Source of the DNA: an uncultured Planctomycetota bacterium
GTDB lineage: Bacteria; Planctomycetota; UBA11346
NCBI GenBank assembly: GCA_903902515.1
Contig: CAIUVD010000276.1
Span: 938-64,937, forward strand
Length of the DNA: 64,000 bases
Reading direction: 5' to 3'
The position numbers and the translations under genes were made by a program. Below are positions 26,897 to 37,182 of the stretch, piece by piece. The notes under the pieces were generated by a model that was given only the letters and a program-made list of their open reading frames with translations, had not been told where the DNA came from and did no database searches. Each line of letters opens with the position of its first letter. Positions within the stretch are counted from its first letter, which is position 1.

Positions 26897-29287
26897 TCAT
26901 AGATCGATCCGGTGTTCGCCCGGGCCGAGTTCCAGGAGGCTTCCTCCCCACCGGACCTCGGCGGGCACCGGACACGCGATGGTGCCGACCAGACGGTTTT
27001 CATGGCGTTGCAGCTGGACCTTGATGGTGCCGTTGGGATGCGGCACCTCCCCATGGAACGTGGTCAGGCGGCTTGGGACGGGCGCGATTCGGACGCGTTG
27101 GAATCCGGGGGCGGCCGGTTGCACGCCAAGAAGGGCTGCCGTGGCATGATAGAGGGGATGGCTTCCCCAGGCGTGGCAATCACTGCGGGAGGGTTCCGGC
27201 TGCTCCGGCAGGGCGGTGAAGCCTCGGTCCGGCAGGGCGGCCCACCACCCGAGTCCGTCCAGGATGACATCCCCCAAACCAGCCTCGGCACAGGCGCTGA
27301 AGAGGTGATGGCGGAAATAGATGGTGGTCTGGGTCAGCGCGGGATCCGTCAGGGCGGTGTGCAGGGCGGCGGCCCGATCGGGCACCGGGAGGTCCCCACA
27401 GGCGTGGGCGAGCACCTGGATGTGTTGCGAGAAAAACCGTCCTGCTCGATCGTCCGCGAAGGCATTGCGTGCCGGTTGCCAGAAGACTTGGTGGGTGGCC
27501 GTGGCCAGCCCCGCGCCGTGACGGCGCCAACGGGCGGCCAATTCCGGCTCGTCGAGGGCTGCCTCAAGTCGTTCGGCTGCCGCCAAAGCCAGCAAGGTCT
27601 GGAACTGCATGGCGGCCCCGCCGACGGCGGCATCCGGCGGCTCGCCATCAGCCCAACCCGCGGCCCAGTCGAGGAAATTCCAGCCTTCGATGGCTCCGAG
27701 GGTGCCGTCTTCCAGCCGATGACGCAGGGCGCAATCCAGGATGCCTCGGATCACGGGCATCAGTTCCCGGACCAGATCGCGGTCGCCTCGCCACATCAGG
27801 TGGGCTTCGACCAGTGCCGGGAACCACAGGGCGTAGAGGGGAATGATCAGCAGGTTCCGGGTCGGTGCCCGGCCGGCGATCAGGCCATCCGGCAATTGCT
27901 GGGAAGCAAACTGACGCAGGGCCTTGCGGGCCAGGCTGGCATCACGTTGGAGGACGTAACTTCCCAAGTGGTCGATCACGGCATCGCCGAGATAGGCCAT
28001 GCGCTCGTGGTACACCCCATCCGCGTACTGGTCCTGGGCGGTGACTTGCAGGGTGCGCTCACACAGGCGCAGAACCCGATCAATCGCAGCCCCGTCACCC
28101 TTTTCGGATTCCAACTTCAAGAACCCCTCCCGCTCCAAGGGGTGCCGGGTCTCGGTAAGGCGCAATCCTTGCAGGGTCAGGGGCTGATCCGCCGTTATTG
28201 TCTCGATCACCAAGTACCGGCCGCAGCGCCAGTACGGCGCCCGGAGGGTCCGGGGAACGCCGGCCGCCACAAACGTGTCGCCCAGACCGGCCGCGTAATG
28301 GCCGGGGCCCACGTGGTCCCGGTGGCCTTTGGTGAAATCATGCTTGAGGACGGGGGTCTCCCCAAGGGCCTCCATCCACGACAGGCGGCAGGTTCCCCCG
28401 TCACCGGCGATGGTCACCTCCGCCCAGCAGGCGGCGTAACTGCCGAGATCGAGGACCACCCGTTCAGCCCGTCCCACGGGGATGTGCAATGACGCGCCCT
28501 GAAGAAAGTCACGCCAACGGTCGGCCGCCTGCGGGTCGTGGGGGCCCAAGGGCACCGAAGGACCGAAGGGGGAGCCGGTGGTGACGACGAATGTCCCCAC
28601 ATGGCGCACCACGAGGGTGGTCCAGGGTTGTTCCCAGGCAGGGGGAAGCATCCCACATTCCACCAAGCGATCGGGGAATCCTTCAATCGGCCGACCCGCG
28701 TGGACCTTGGACAGGACCGGCGTTTTCAGCCAGGCGTCATCGGTCACTTGGTCGCTGCCGGGCATGGCATCCCAGGGGATGAGCCGGGCATCGAGTCGGC
28801 TGCCCGGGACCGTCCAATAGGCCAGGTCATCCTTCGCGAAGGTGATGCCGGTCAGGACTCGGTGCTGCCAGGGGGCCCGGCCCGTGGCCAGGGATTCGTT
28901 GGCGGGGCCATCCACCCCCAGGGCGAAGCCGTGGGTGATGCTGGCGGTCGCATAGTCGCCATCGGCCTGGGCCACGGTCCATACCAGGGCCTCAAGACGG
29001 TGGAGACCCGGGGTCAGACGGACTGGTACACGGTCGGCATACCAATGACGCGGGGTACCGATCTCTGGACCCCGGCGGTACAGCACGCCGTCGATCCATA
29101 ATTCATACCGTTGATCGGCGGTTACCCAGACATCGGCGTCGACGGGGTCGGCCAGTTCGACGTCCAGACGGTAAGCGACCACCTGGGGTGGCACCCCGGG
29201 GGCGGCGATCCAGTCAAAGGGCCAGGTGGCCCGCCATAGCCACGGGGCGGTCCGGCGGTGGGCGGCGAAATAGTCAGGGTGGTGCAT
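26897..29287 (-). CDS. Six-hairpin glycosidase, GH78 alpha-L-rhamnosidase-like
   Basis: The N-terminal domain pattern is rhamnosidase-like (DADVWVTADQRYELWIDGVLYRRGPE). The catalytic-domain-like blocks GVYHERMAYLGDAV, WNFLDWA and SRSDCHAWGSHPLYH are present. ATG 29287 (MHHPDYF...) lies 17 nt after the upstream stop. Confidence 0.6.
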   Translation of the reverse strand: MHHPDYFAAHRRTAPWLWRATWPFDWIAAPGVPPQVVAYRLDVELADPVDADVWVTADQRYELWIDGVLYRRGPEIGTPRHWYADRVPVRLTPGLHRLEALVWTVAQADGDYATASITHGFALGVDGPANESLATGRAPWQHRVLTGITFAKDDLAYWTVPGSRLDARLIPWDAMPGSDQVTDDAWLKTPVLSKVHAGRPIEGFPDRLVECGMLPPAWEQPWTTLVVRHVGTFVVTTGSPFGPSVPLGPHDPQAADRWRDFLQGASLHIPVGRAERVVLDLGSYAACWAEVTIAGDGGTCRLSWMEALGETPVLKHDFTKGHRDHVGPGHYAAGLGDTFVAAGVPRTLRAPYWRCGRYLVIETITADQPLTLQGLRLTETRHPLEREGFLKLESEKGDGAAIDRVLRLCERTLQVTAQDQYADGVYHERMAYLGDAVIDHLGSYVLQRDASLARKALRQFASQQLPDGLIAGRAPTRNLLIIPLYALWFPALVEAHLMWRGDRDLVRELMPVIRGILDCALRHRLEDGTLGAIEGWNFLDWAAGWADGEPPDAAVGGAAMQFQTLLALAAAERLEAALDEPELAARWRRHGAGLATATHQVFWQPARNAFADDRAGRFFSQHIQVLAHACGDLPVPDRAAALHTALTDPALTQTTIYFRHHLFSACAEAGLGDVILDGLGWWAALPDRGFTALPEQPEPSRSDCHAWGSHPLYHATAALLGVQPAAPGFQRVRIAPVPSRLTTFHGEVPHPNGTIKVQLQRHENRLVGTIACPVPAEVRWGGSLLELGPGEHRIDL

Positions 29288-29304
29288 GGGGAACCTGGAA
29301 AGAA

Positions 29305-31911
29305 TCACCGGGAGAGGGACAGGTGTACCGGTCCCAGGAGGCCGACGGGTTCCAGTTGGTGGAATTGCGAGAACCAATCCTGGACTTGATTGACCAGGGT
29401 GTTGGTGACCTCGATGACCAGGTGGTTGTCGCCGGGGAGGAGGAGGTCAGAGCAATCAAATACGTACGGCGGCGCGATTCGCGCTGGCAGCACGGTCCCG
29501 TTGATCGTTACCTCGGCGATCTCATAAACGGCTCCGAGATCCAGAAGAACCTGGCCCCCTGCGGCGGGAGCGATGAACGTCTGCTCATAGCGGATCGTGC
29601 CGCTGAAATCCGGGAGGAGATCCGGCGCATGGAGGTTAACCAGGGCCTCCAGGTGCCGCCACGGGGTGAAGCGTGGATGGTCGGCGGCGGTGGCGAGGGA
29701 TACCGCCCAGGGCCCTGTGAGGGCGACCTTGGTGGCCTCGGGGGGGGTAACGTAGGTTGGTGGATGTCCTCCGAAAATCAGGACCTGGGCCTCTCCAGGC
29801 GCCAGGTCCACGGCAACCAGGGTTCCATGGACATCCGTGGAGGACCACCGGGACACCATCTGGTTGGCGAAGGCGTCATACCCATGAACCGGACCGGCGA
29901 TGGGGGTGGACAAGGTGGTGTGAATGGCCTGGACCGGATCCTCATTAAAGAGCATCAGGACATCCTGGCCATCGGCGGTACGGTAGTGGTAGTGGCGCAG
30001 ATGAGGTTGGGGATCACTGACCCCGATATCCCCATGGCCGCCCAAGCGCAGGTCCCTGGCGAGGTTGGCCAAGGTCGAGACTCGGCAGCGGGGATGGCTG
30101 GCCAGGGCCCGCAGCACCTCCCGGGCATCCACGTCCTCACTGGCGGCGATGGGCAGGCCGTCGACGAAGAAGGTGGCCAGTCCCGCCTGGAGTCGGGCCA
30201 GGATCCCCTGGAGGGCTACCATGGGCAGCCGCTCGGCGTAGGGCACCACCAGGCACGAAAAGGTCTCGCCATGGAGGTGGAGCTGGCCATCCATGACGTG
30301 GCCGTTGCCGCGAAGGGCATCAACGGGGATGACATCGGCATCAATCTGATGCTGCATCAGGGCCCGCAGGGGCTTTTGGAAGAACATGCATGGCCCGGAC
30401 CATTCGGCCTCGGCGTGGTAAAGAACGGCGGCGGTGGCGATGTGTCGTCCGCCACTCAGCAGGTGGCACATCCGGTTCACGTAACCAGCCCACACGCCGA
30501 AATGGCGGTATTGGGGGTTCTGCCCGTGCACATAGAAATGGGGCGGACAGTCCGTATCGGGGAACGGCGCCATGGAGAAGGAATGGGGGACGAAGACGTT
30601 GACGCCCCGCACCAGCATATGGTTGGCGATCCAGGTCATCATCCGCAGGCCAGCGCTCCAGCCGTAGGCGCCGATCATTTCACACAGGGTGCGGCCCTTC
30701 TTACGGGGGTCGAGATGGCCCAGGGAAGAGGCCATTTTGGCCAAGCCAAAATGGAAGAACTCCCCATCCGCCTCGCCAGCAATCCAGGAGAAGGTACCTT
30801 CCCCGTGCCCGGGACGGATCTGCCATAGCACCACATCCAGCCCCGCCATGTCCTGACCGGCCAGGGCCCGGTGGTAGTGGGCCACGCCTCCTCCTAGGCG
30901 CGCATGGACATTGTTGTCTTCGATGACGTGACCGATGTATTCGACGCCATGTTCCCGGCACCAGGCACCGAGCTGCTCGCCAAAGGCACTGGAATAGAGG
31001 CGGGAAACCAGATCCATGAACGCGTAACGGATCGCCGACGTCTTGGGTCCGATATCACACCACAGGCCTGGTAGGTAGCGTTCCGCTGGCTCACCGAAGG
31101 TTTCGGAGAGTCGCTCCAGCATGCCCGGTCGCCAGGGCAGGACGCCTGCCTGATGACCGATGATCTCTTCGTAGGAACCGCTGTTGGCGATACTCGGTTC
31201 ATCCGAGAAGAACCCGGCAAAAGTCCCGCCGAAGTCGGCCCCGTAGCGGGCATAGTGCGGTTCATAGACCGCATCGATGAGCACCCGGCACGCTTTGGGA
31301 TCAATGGGGTTCAGGTAGTCGGGGAGGTTCCCGCCCCGCCGGGTCTGCACCAATACGAAGATCCGCCAATGCCCCGCCGGGACATCCCACCACAGGCGAT
31401 TGCCGTTCACCAGGTGGGTCAGATCCAGCAAGGTGTCGTCAACGGCCTGGCCCTCGCCCCTTCGGGAGGCAATCACCGACACGAGGTGCTCATCGTTCCG
31501 CACCAAGCCGTGGTCCGGGCGCAAGCCATCCCGCAGGAGCACGGCCGCCCCCGGCTGGGGGCCGAGGAGATCGACATGCCGCTGGGCCAGCAGCCATTTC
31601 CGGAGATCCGGGTGCTGGTCGCGGATCCAGCCCCGGGCATAGCCGGTGGGGAAGTGCGCATCGTCGAGGACCCAGACCCGCATGCCCCGGCGGCGGGCTT
31701 CATCCATGATGATGTCCAGATCACGCCACCACAGGGGTCCGCAGAAATCCGGGTGGGGCCGGGACTCCAGGCAGACCCCTTTGATTCCCGCACCGTCGAT
31801 GCGGGCCAGCTCCTCTCGAAGCACCGATTCCGGCTCCCCGCGCAGCCAAAGAAATGGGAGGAGATAGTTTGCGGAGCGGCCGGTGAGATTGTCGTCGAGG
31901 ACCGAGGGCAT
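29305..31911 (-). CDS. Large glycoside-hydrolase-like protein of unassigned family (TIM-barrel-like N-terminus plus a C-terminal galactose-binding-like domain)
   Basis: 868 aa. The N-terminus is LPFLWLRGEPESVLREELARIDGAGIKGVCLESRPHPDFCGPLWWRDLDIIMDEARRRGMRVWVLDDAHFPTGYA. The C-terminus, YEIAEVTINGTVLPARIAPPYVFDCSDLLLPGDNHLVIEVTNTLVN, resembles sugar-binding jelly-roll domains of GH2/GH106-type proteins. The family was not recognisable by eye. Confidence 0.5.
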   Translation of the reverse strand: MPSVLDDNLTGRSANYLLPFLWLRGEPESVLREELARIDGAGIKGVCLESRPHPDFCGPLWWRDLDIIMDEARRRGMRVWVLDDAHFPTGYARGWIRDQHPDLRKWLLAQRHVDLLGPQPGAAVLLRDGLRPDHGLVRNDEHLVSVIASRRGEGQAVDDTLLDLTHLVNGNRLWWDVPAGHWRIFVLVQTRRGGNLPDYLNPIDPKACRVLIDAVYEPHYARYGADFGGTFAGFFSDEPSIANSGSYEEIIGHQAGVLPWRPGMLERLSETFGEPAERYLPGLWCDIGPKTSAIRYAFMDLVSRLYSSAFGEQLGAWCREHGVEYIGHVIEDNNVHARLGGGVAHYHRALAGQDMAGLDVVLWQIRPGHGEGTFSWIAGEADGEFFHFGLAKMASSLGHLDPRKKGRTLCEMIGAYGWSAGLRMMTWIANHMLVRGVNVFVPHSFSMAPFPDTDCPPHFYVHGQNPQYRHFGVWAGYVNRMCHLLSGGRHIATAAVLYHAEAEWSGPCMFFQKPLRALMQHQIDADVIPVDALRGNGHVMDGQLHLHGETFSCLVVPYAERLPMVALQGILARLQAGLATFFVDGLPIAASEDVDAREVLRALASHPRCRVSTLANLARDLRLGGHGDIGVSDPQPHLRHYHYRTADGQDVLMLFNEDPVQAIHTTLSTPIAGPVHGYDAFANQMVSRWSSTDVHGTLVAVDLAPGEAQVLIFGGHPPTYVTPPEATKVALTGPWAVSLATAADHPRFTPWRHLEALVNLHAPDLLPDFSGTIRYEQTFIAPAAGGQVLLDLGAVYEIAEVTINGTVLPARIAPPYVFDCSDLLLPGDNHLVIEVTNTLVNQVQDWFSQFHQLEPVGLLGPVHLSLSR

Positions 31912-32173
31912 GGCGTTTCCAGGAATCAGGGCGGGGTGATCGGCAACGATGGTTTGGCGGTTGCCAACCCGGCTGGTAGTGAGGATAGGATACCGCAGAT
32001 TCTGAAGCCATGACCGCGCTGGCTGGCTCCTAGCCGAAGTGGCTGGGGGAGTGTGCTGAGCCCAGCGTGGATAGGCGTATGCCCAATCAGGTCATGGCGA
32101 CGCGCGCTCCCATCGAGATCGTCCATCTGACGGGGTTCGTGCGAACTCTGCGGCGTTCAGGAAAGGACACCTC

Positions 32174-33175
32174 ATGACCGAATCTCTGGTACGCTGGGGC
32201 ATCTGCGGCTGCGGGAGCATTGCCCATCGCATGGCCCGGGCGTTGGCCCAGGTCCCAGGCCACCGGCTTGGGGCCGTTGCTGCCCGGGATCCCCATCGAG
32301 CTGCCGTCTTTGCGGCCGACCATGGCCACCCCCAGGTGAGGGAGACCTACCGGGAATTGCTGGCGGATCCCCTGATCGATGTCGTGTACATCGCCACCAT
32401 CCACAATCACCATTATCCGTTGATCCTGCAGGCCCTCAACTCTGGGAAGGCGGTGGTGTGCGAGAAACCCCTGGTCATGACCGAAGCCCAGGCCCGCGCG
32501 GTGGTCGACCTGGCCCGGGCCAAAAACCTGCTCTTGATCGAGGCCCTGTGGGTGCGCTTTCAACCGGCGGTCCTCCAACTCCATGCGGCGATCGCAGCCG
32601 GGCGACTTGGTCGGCTCACCATGGTTCGTTCGGATTTCAGTATTGGTGGAGATCATAAGCTGCCTGATCGGAAACATGATCTGACCCGGGCCGGAGGTGC
32701 CTTGTTAGACCTGGGCATCTATCCCTTGGCCCTGGCTCAGGATTTTCTCGGGCCGATTGCCGAGATCGTCAGCCTGGGGGAGGTGGGCGGGACTGGCGTG
32801 GATGAAAACCTCGGTTTTGTCACCCGGCATGTCCACGGGGGCCTCGGCATTGGAACCGCCGGCCTGCGGGGTGTTGGTACCATCGCCATGGAAATCTACG
32901 GCAGTGAGGCCCTGGCGGTCTCTCCGTGCGCCTGTCCGCCCCGGGAAATCACCCTCCGCACGGGCTGGGGAAATCAGACCCTGGAGGTCCTACGGGATGA
33001 CAGCGGGGTTGATGGGTTTGTGCACACGGTGCGGGAAACCGGCCGCTGCCTGGCGGAAGGTCGGATCGAAAGCCCCCGCATGACCCATGCCCAGTCCATT
33101 GAATTGGCGCACTTCCTGGAGGTGACCTGGAGAAAGACCGGTGTGGCGTATCCCGAGGTAGACCTCGCCCTGTGA
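32174..33175 (+). CDS. Gfo/Idh/MocA-family NAD(P)-dependent oxidoreductase
   Basis: The Rossmann N-terminus is VRWGICGCGSIAHRMARAL. The EKP motif (VVCEKPLVMT) is present and the 333-aa length fits. Confidence 0.9.
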   Translation: MTESLVRWGICGCGSIAHRMARALAQVPGHRLGAVAARDPHRAAVFAADHGHPQVRETYRELLADPLIDVVYIATIHNHHYPLILQALNSGKAVVCEKPLVMTEAQARAVVDLARAKNLLLIEALWVRFQPAVLQLHAAIAAGRLGRLTMVRSDFSIGGDHKLPDRKHDLTRAGGALLDLGIYPLALAQDFLGPIAEIVSLGEVGGTGVDENLGFVTRHVHGGLGIGTAGLRGVGTIAMEIYGSEALAVSPCACPPREITLRTGWGNQTLEVLRDDSGVDGFVHTVRETGRCLAEGRIESPRMTHAQSIELAHFLEVTWRKTGVAYPEVDLAL

Positions 33176-33246
33176 AGAGACCTTCCCTGGTCGCCATGGC
33201 ACCAGGGAAGGTAGCGAAGCGTCGTGGCCTTCGATTCATCCCAGGA

Positions 33247-35394
33247 TCACCGCTGCGGGCTGTGGTAGTCAGCTGGCGCGGGTTTGAGTCCCTCCCAGCG
33301 GACCTTCCACGATCCGTCTTGAGGGAATCCCGGGGCATTGATGTTCGGGGCGCCATCCCACCCCGCGGCCATCAGGGCCACGGCGTAGAGCAAGCCGCCA
33401 TTCCCGGGGAGGTACACGCACAGGCCATCGGTCTGCCAATTATGTCCGTTCGCCAGGTAGGTGTTCTTGGGTGAGGGCATCAGGAGCGCATCGATGGCGG
33501 TCGCGCCGTCACCTAAACGGGCGGCGCACATGGCCACCTCTGGGAAATCCCAGCCCCAGGTCGATGGCCAGTCCCATTCCTTCATGACCTTGGTCAGAGT
33601 CCGGCGCATGACCTGATGATCGACCATGGCGCCGTCCATCATGCCGAGGGGTCCCAGCATGTCAGGATGGCTCCAGTGAAATCCCTTTTCCCACGTTTTG
33701 GTATGGGTCTCGCCGGCGACGTACACCCCATCCCGTTGTGCGAGGGGGGGGATATTGGCCAACACATGATCCCAGGTCGGTTCACGTTCCAGGTGCAGGC
33801 GCTGCCGCCACCGTTGGGCGATTTCCAAGCCCAAATGCCAGTAGGCATTTTCGAAGTTGAGATTCTTGGTGGTTGCGGCCTCTTCGTAATAAATCTCGGC
33901 GGCATCGGTCGCGGGCGGGCCGATTTCGTAGATCCCACGCTGACCGTTCCAGGTCGCAAAGCCCGCCATGAATTTGGCCGTCTGATCAACGATCTCCTGA
34001 TAGCGCACCAGCACCGCAGGGCTGGGATCCGCCCGGTAGCAGAGTTCCGCCAACACGATGGGGTGCGGTTGCTGCCAGAGGAGGAAGGCTTCGAGGTAGG
34101 TCGGTGAGGGCATCCCATCGGGTCCGACACATTTCGGCCAACGGACCCCCGGATAGCCCTGGTCCTCAGCGATTTTCCGGGCCACGGGCAGGATCCGTTG
34201 GAAAAAATCCATACTCGGGGCCATCAGGTCTTGGCGTTCCCACAGGGCCCAGTGGGCGACATGCCACCAGTACATTTCCAGATGGAATTTTCCGTGCCAG
34301 GTGTTGATCGTGAGGCCGCTTTCCTGCGTGGGATGGTCCCCGGCAGACTGGATCCGGGTGAGGTATTGGGAGAGGACGATCCGTCGCTCCAGTTCGAACC
34401 AGCGGGGATCTTGGCTGCCTGACAAATCGATGGCCCCGCCCTGGCTCCAGAAGGTGCTCCACAGGTCCCGGGTGGTGTCAAGACTCGCTTCGAAATCCGC
34501 CAGGACGGGCGGCGATGGCTTGGGGGAAAACGACGAAACGAAAACGATCCTGGTGGTCCCAGGGGTAGCCGACAGCACGAACCGGTGGCGGCCCTGGGCG
34601 CTCATCTGGCCCGGGGATTCCCACACGATGGTGTTCCAATACTGGTCGGCATCCAACGTGCGCTCAAGGTCAAGCCGTTGGCTGGTCTGGCTCAAAATTT
34701 TGGTTTGGTGGGCCTCTGGGTTGGTCCAGTCCGCACCGTTGCCGAGTTCCTCCGTAGACCCGTAGGGGAAGGAAAATGCCACCGTGAGCCGCCCATCGGC
34801 CACCAAGGGCGATTCGATCGACACCGTGAGTTGATCCCATTGCCCATTGCAGGTGGTGATGACCCGCACGGGTTGGCCATCGAACTGGAAGGAACTGGTC
34901 AAGATTCCCGTCCACAGGTCGAGGTCTTGGTGAATGGACTGTAAATCGACCATTGCCGCGGGCTCACCCTTTCCGTTCTTCAAGGTGAGGCCGATTTTCC
35001 CCAGGTGCAGACGGTGGGGATTCGAGCGAAGCCAGCGTGCTGCGGGCTTCTGTTCTGAAGGACTTTTCCCGGCTTCGTAGTAAAGGTGGCCGACCTGGCG
35101 GCCTTGGGATTCGTAGGGGGTATGGGGAAAACTCTCCCAGGTGAATCCGTCGGGATTGGGATGGGAATGCCATCCCCAGTCGGACATCGTCGATAAGGGC
35201 ATGGCAAGGCGAGTCCGATCGCCGTGGTCATCTTCGAAAGTCTGGAGACCCGTGACGTCAGCCGTGAAACAGAAACGTCCATTCCCTACGGAAAGTGGTG
35301 ACCCCACGTTGACCTCATGGTGCACGATGCGGTGTCGTGCGACGAGTGCGATCCGGTCGATGGGCGAGACGTCATGGGCTGATGGGATGTCCAT
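33247..35394 (-). CDS. Putative (alpha/alpha)6-barrel glycoside hydrolase of unassigned family
   Basis: About 715 aa. The N-terminal PLSVGNGRFCFTADVTGLQTF resembles the GNG-containing beta-sandwich N-domains of GH65/GH95-type enzymes. The Trp-rich central region reads HLEMYWWHVAHWALWERQDL. The track start is TTG 35400 and the first ATG is at 35394. Confidence 0.45.
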   Translation of the reverse strand: MDIPSAHDVSPIDRIALVARHRIVHHEVNVGSPLSVGNGRFCFTADVTGLQTFEDDHGDRTRLAMPLSTMSDWGWHSHPNPDGFTWESFPHTPYESQGRQVGHLYYEAGKSPSEQKPAARWLRSNPHRLHLGKIGLTLKNGKGEPAAMVDLQSIHQDLDLWTGILTSSFQFDGQPVRVITTCNGQWDQLTVSIESPLVADGRLTVAFSFPYGSTEELGNGADWTNPEAHQTKILSQTSQRLDLERTLDADQYWNTIVWESPGQMSAQGRHRFVLSATPGTTRIVFVSSFSPKPSPPVLADFEASLDTTRDLWSTFWSQGGAIDLSGSQDPRWFELERRIVLSQYLTRIQSAGDHPTQESGLTINTWHGKFHLEMYWWHVAHWALWERQDLMAPSMDFFQRILPVARKIAEDQGYPGVRWPKCVGPDGMPSPTYLEAFLLWQQPHPIVLAELCYRADPSPAVLVRYQEIVDQTAKFMAGFATWNGQRGIYEIGPPATDAAEIYYEEAATTKNLNFENAYWHLGLEIAQRWRQRLHLEREPTWDHVLANIPPLAQRDGVYVAGETHTKTWEKGFHWSHPDMLGPLGMMDGAMVDHQVMRRTLTKVMKEWDWPSTWGWDFPEVAMCAARLGDGATAIDALLMPSPKNTYLANGHNWQTDGLCVYLPGNGGLLYAVALMAAGWDGAPNINAPGFPQDGSWKVRWEGLKPAPADYHSPQR

Positions 35395-35443
35395 GGACAA
35401 TTCTTAAAAGGAGGGCTGTGAGGAACGCGAGTCCGAGGCCAGT

Positions 35444-36991
35444 TTAACGTTTCGATGCGAGATCCGCAGGCACGAGCCGCAGGACGCTCCACGAGCCCGG
35501 TGGGAGGCGCACGTGGACGCGGTTCTCGACCACCGTCGCGCCCACACCAATCTGGGGAACGTAGCGATCGGGATCGGCTTCCCGGTTGGTGACGGTCAGG
35601 TCGTCGGCATGGAGGAATTCCCACCCTTCGACGGCCAGGGGCCCGAAGCCCCGCAGGTCGATGTCGGTTTCTGAGAATTCCTTCAGATCGCGATGGAGGA
35701 TGAAGATATTGACTCCCCCCGTGGCTGTCGCCACGGCCGCCGCATCCACCAGGGGGATGGCTTCGCCGGCTTCACAGGCGTAGGTCGAGCCCAGGATTTT
35801 CGTCTGGAGGGCGGTGCCGCGACCGTGGCGAGAGGTAAGAGCAAAAGGATGGAAGATGGTTTGCCGCCAGGCCGGGCCCCCGGTCCGGGTCATGATCGGC
35901 CCGATCACATTGACCAACTGGGCCAAGCAGGCGATCCGCACCCGGTCCGCGTGGTTGAGCAGGGAGATCAACATGCCGCCAACCACCAGGGCGTCCGCGG
36001 CATCATAGACATCCTCCAGCAAGGGCGGGGCGATCGTCCACGGTTTTTGCCGAGCGTCCTGATCCCGAGAGTGATACCAGATGTTCCACTCGTCGAAGCA
36101 CAGGTCGATCCGGCGTTTTGATTTCCTTCGGGCTTGGACCGCATCGCAGGTGGCAACGACCTTCCGGATCTGATCCGCCATCAGGGCACTGCTGGCCAGG
36201 AAGGTCGGTACGTCGTTCTTGAAGTTATTGTAGTAGGTGTGCAGGGACACGTAATGCACGTGGTCATAGCATTCCTCCAGGACCTCCCGCTCCCAGGCGC
36301 CGAAGGTCGGCAGGTCGGCGCCTGAACTGCCGCAGGCGATGAACTGGTGATGCGCGAGCCCGCTGTTTTCAATGCCCCCCGATGGGATGGTCATCAATTT
36401 CGCCGCCTCCCGGGCGATGCGTCCATATTCGACGGCCGTCTTGGCTCCCTGCTGCCACCAGCCATCCACTTCATTGCCGAGGCACCACAGCGTGACCCCG
36501 TGGGGTTCGGGGTGGCCGTTGGCAACCCGTTGGTCCCCGAGGGTCGTCATGCCCGCCGGCTGGTTGCAGTATTCCGCGTAATCGCCGGCTTCTGCCGGAC
36601 CACGGGTGCCGAGGTTCACCGCCAGCAGGGGTTGGACCTTTGCCGCCCGGCACCAATCGATGAACTCATCCGTGCCGAAGTGGTTGGTTTCGATGGAGGT
36701 CCAGGCGATCTCCCGCCGTCGTGGCCGCAATTCCCGGGGACCGGCCCCATCCTCCCACCGATAGCCGGAGACAAAATTGCCTCCGGGATAGCGGACCACG
36801 GTGACCCCGAGTTCCTGAACCAGGGCCAGGACGTCCTGGCGGAATCCGGAGGCATCCGCCGTCGGATGCCCGGGTTCATAGAGGCCGCCATAGATGCAAC
36901 GGCCCAGATGCTCGGCGAAGGAGCCGAACAGTCGGGGGTCCACGGGTCCGACGGTGAAATCGCGGTCGATGATGATGCGGGTGGACGTCAT
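35444..36991 (-). CDS. abfA: Alpha-L-arabinofuranosidase, GH51
   Basis: VVRYPGGNFVSGYRWEDGAGPRELRPRR...W...ETNHFGTDEFIDW and WCLGNEVDGWWQ are characteristic GH51 AbfA blocks. The 515-aa length fits. Confidence 0.9.
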   Translation of the reverse strand: MTSTRIIIDRDFTVGPVDPRLFGSFAEHLGRCIYGGLYEPGHPTADASGFRQDVLALVQELGVTVVRYPGGNFVSGYRWEDGAGPRELRPRRREIAWTSIETNHFGTDEFIDWCRAAKVQPLLAVNLGTRGPAEAGDYAEYCNQPAGMTTLGDQRVANGHPEPHGVTLWCLGNEVDGWWQQGAKTAVEYGRIAREAAKLMTIPSGGIENSGLAHHQFIACGSSGADLPTFGAWEREVLEECYDHVHYVSLHTYYNNFKNDVPTFLASSALMADQIRKVVATCDAVQARRKSKRRIDLCFDEWNIWYHSRDQDARQKPWTIAPPLLEDVYDAADALVVGGMLISLLNHADRVRIACLAQLVNVIGPIMTRTGGPAWRQTIFHPFALTSRHGRGTALQTKILGSTYACEAGEAIPLVDAAAVATATGGVNIFILHRDLKEFSETDIDLRGFGPLAVEGWEFLHADDLTVTNREADPDRYVPQIGVGATVVENRVHVRLPPGSWSVLRLVPADLASKR

Positions 36992-37182
36992 GGGATGCTT
37001 GAAGTGGGAGGGCTAGGAAGGGACGAACCATGAAGGGGATCGACCGACCAAAGGCGATGACTGTTTGGGGGTGGGAACCGATCTTCGGGTGGGAAAGCGC
37101 TTCGTGGAGTATCACGGATACCTGGCGAACGGACAACCATCGAGACTTACCTCAACCGGGACACTTGTTACCTTTCCTTGGC

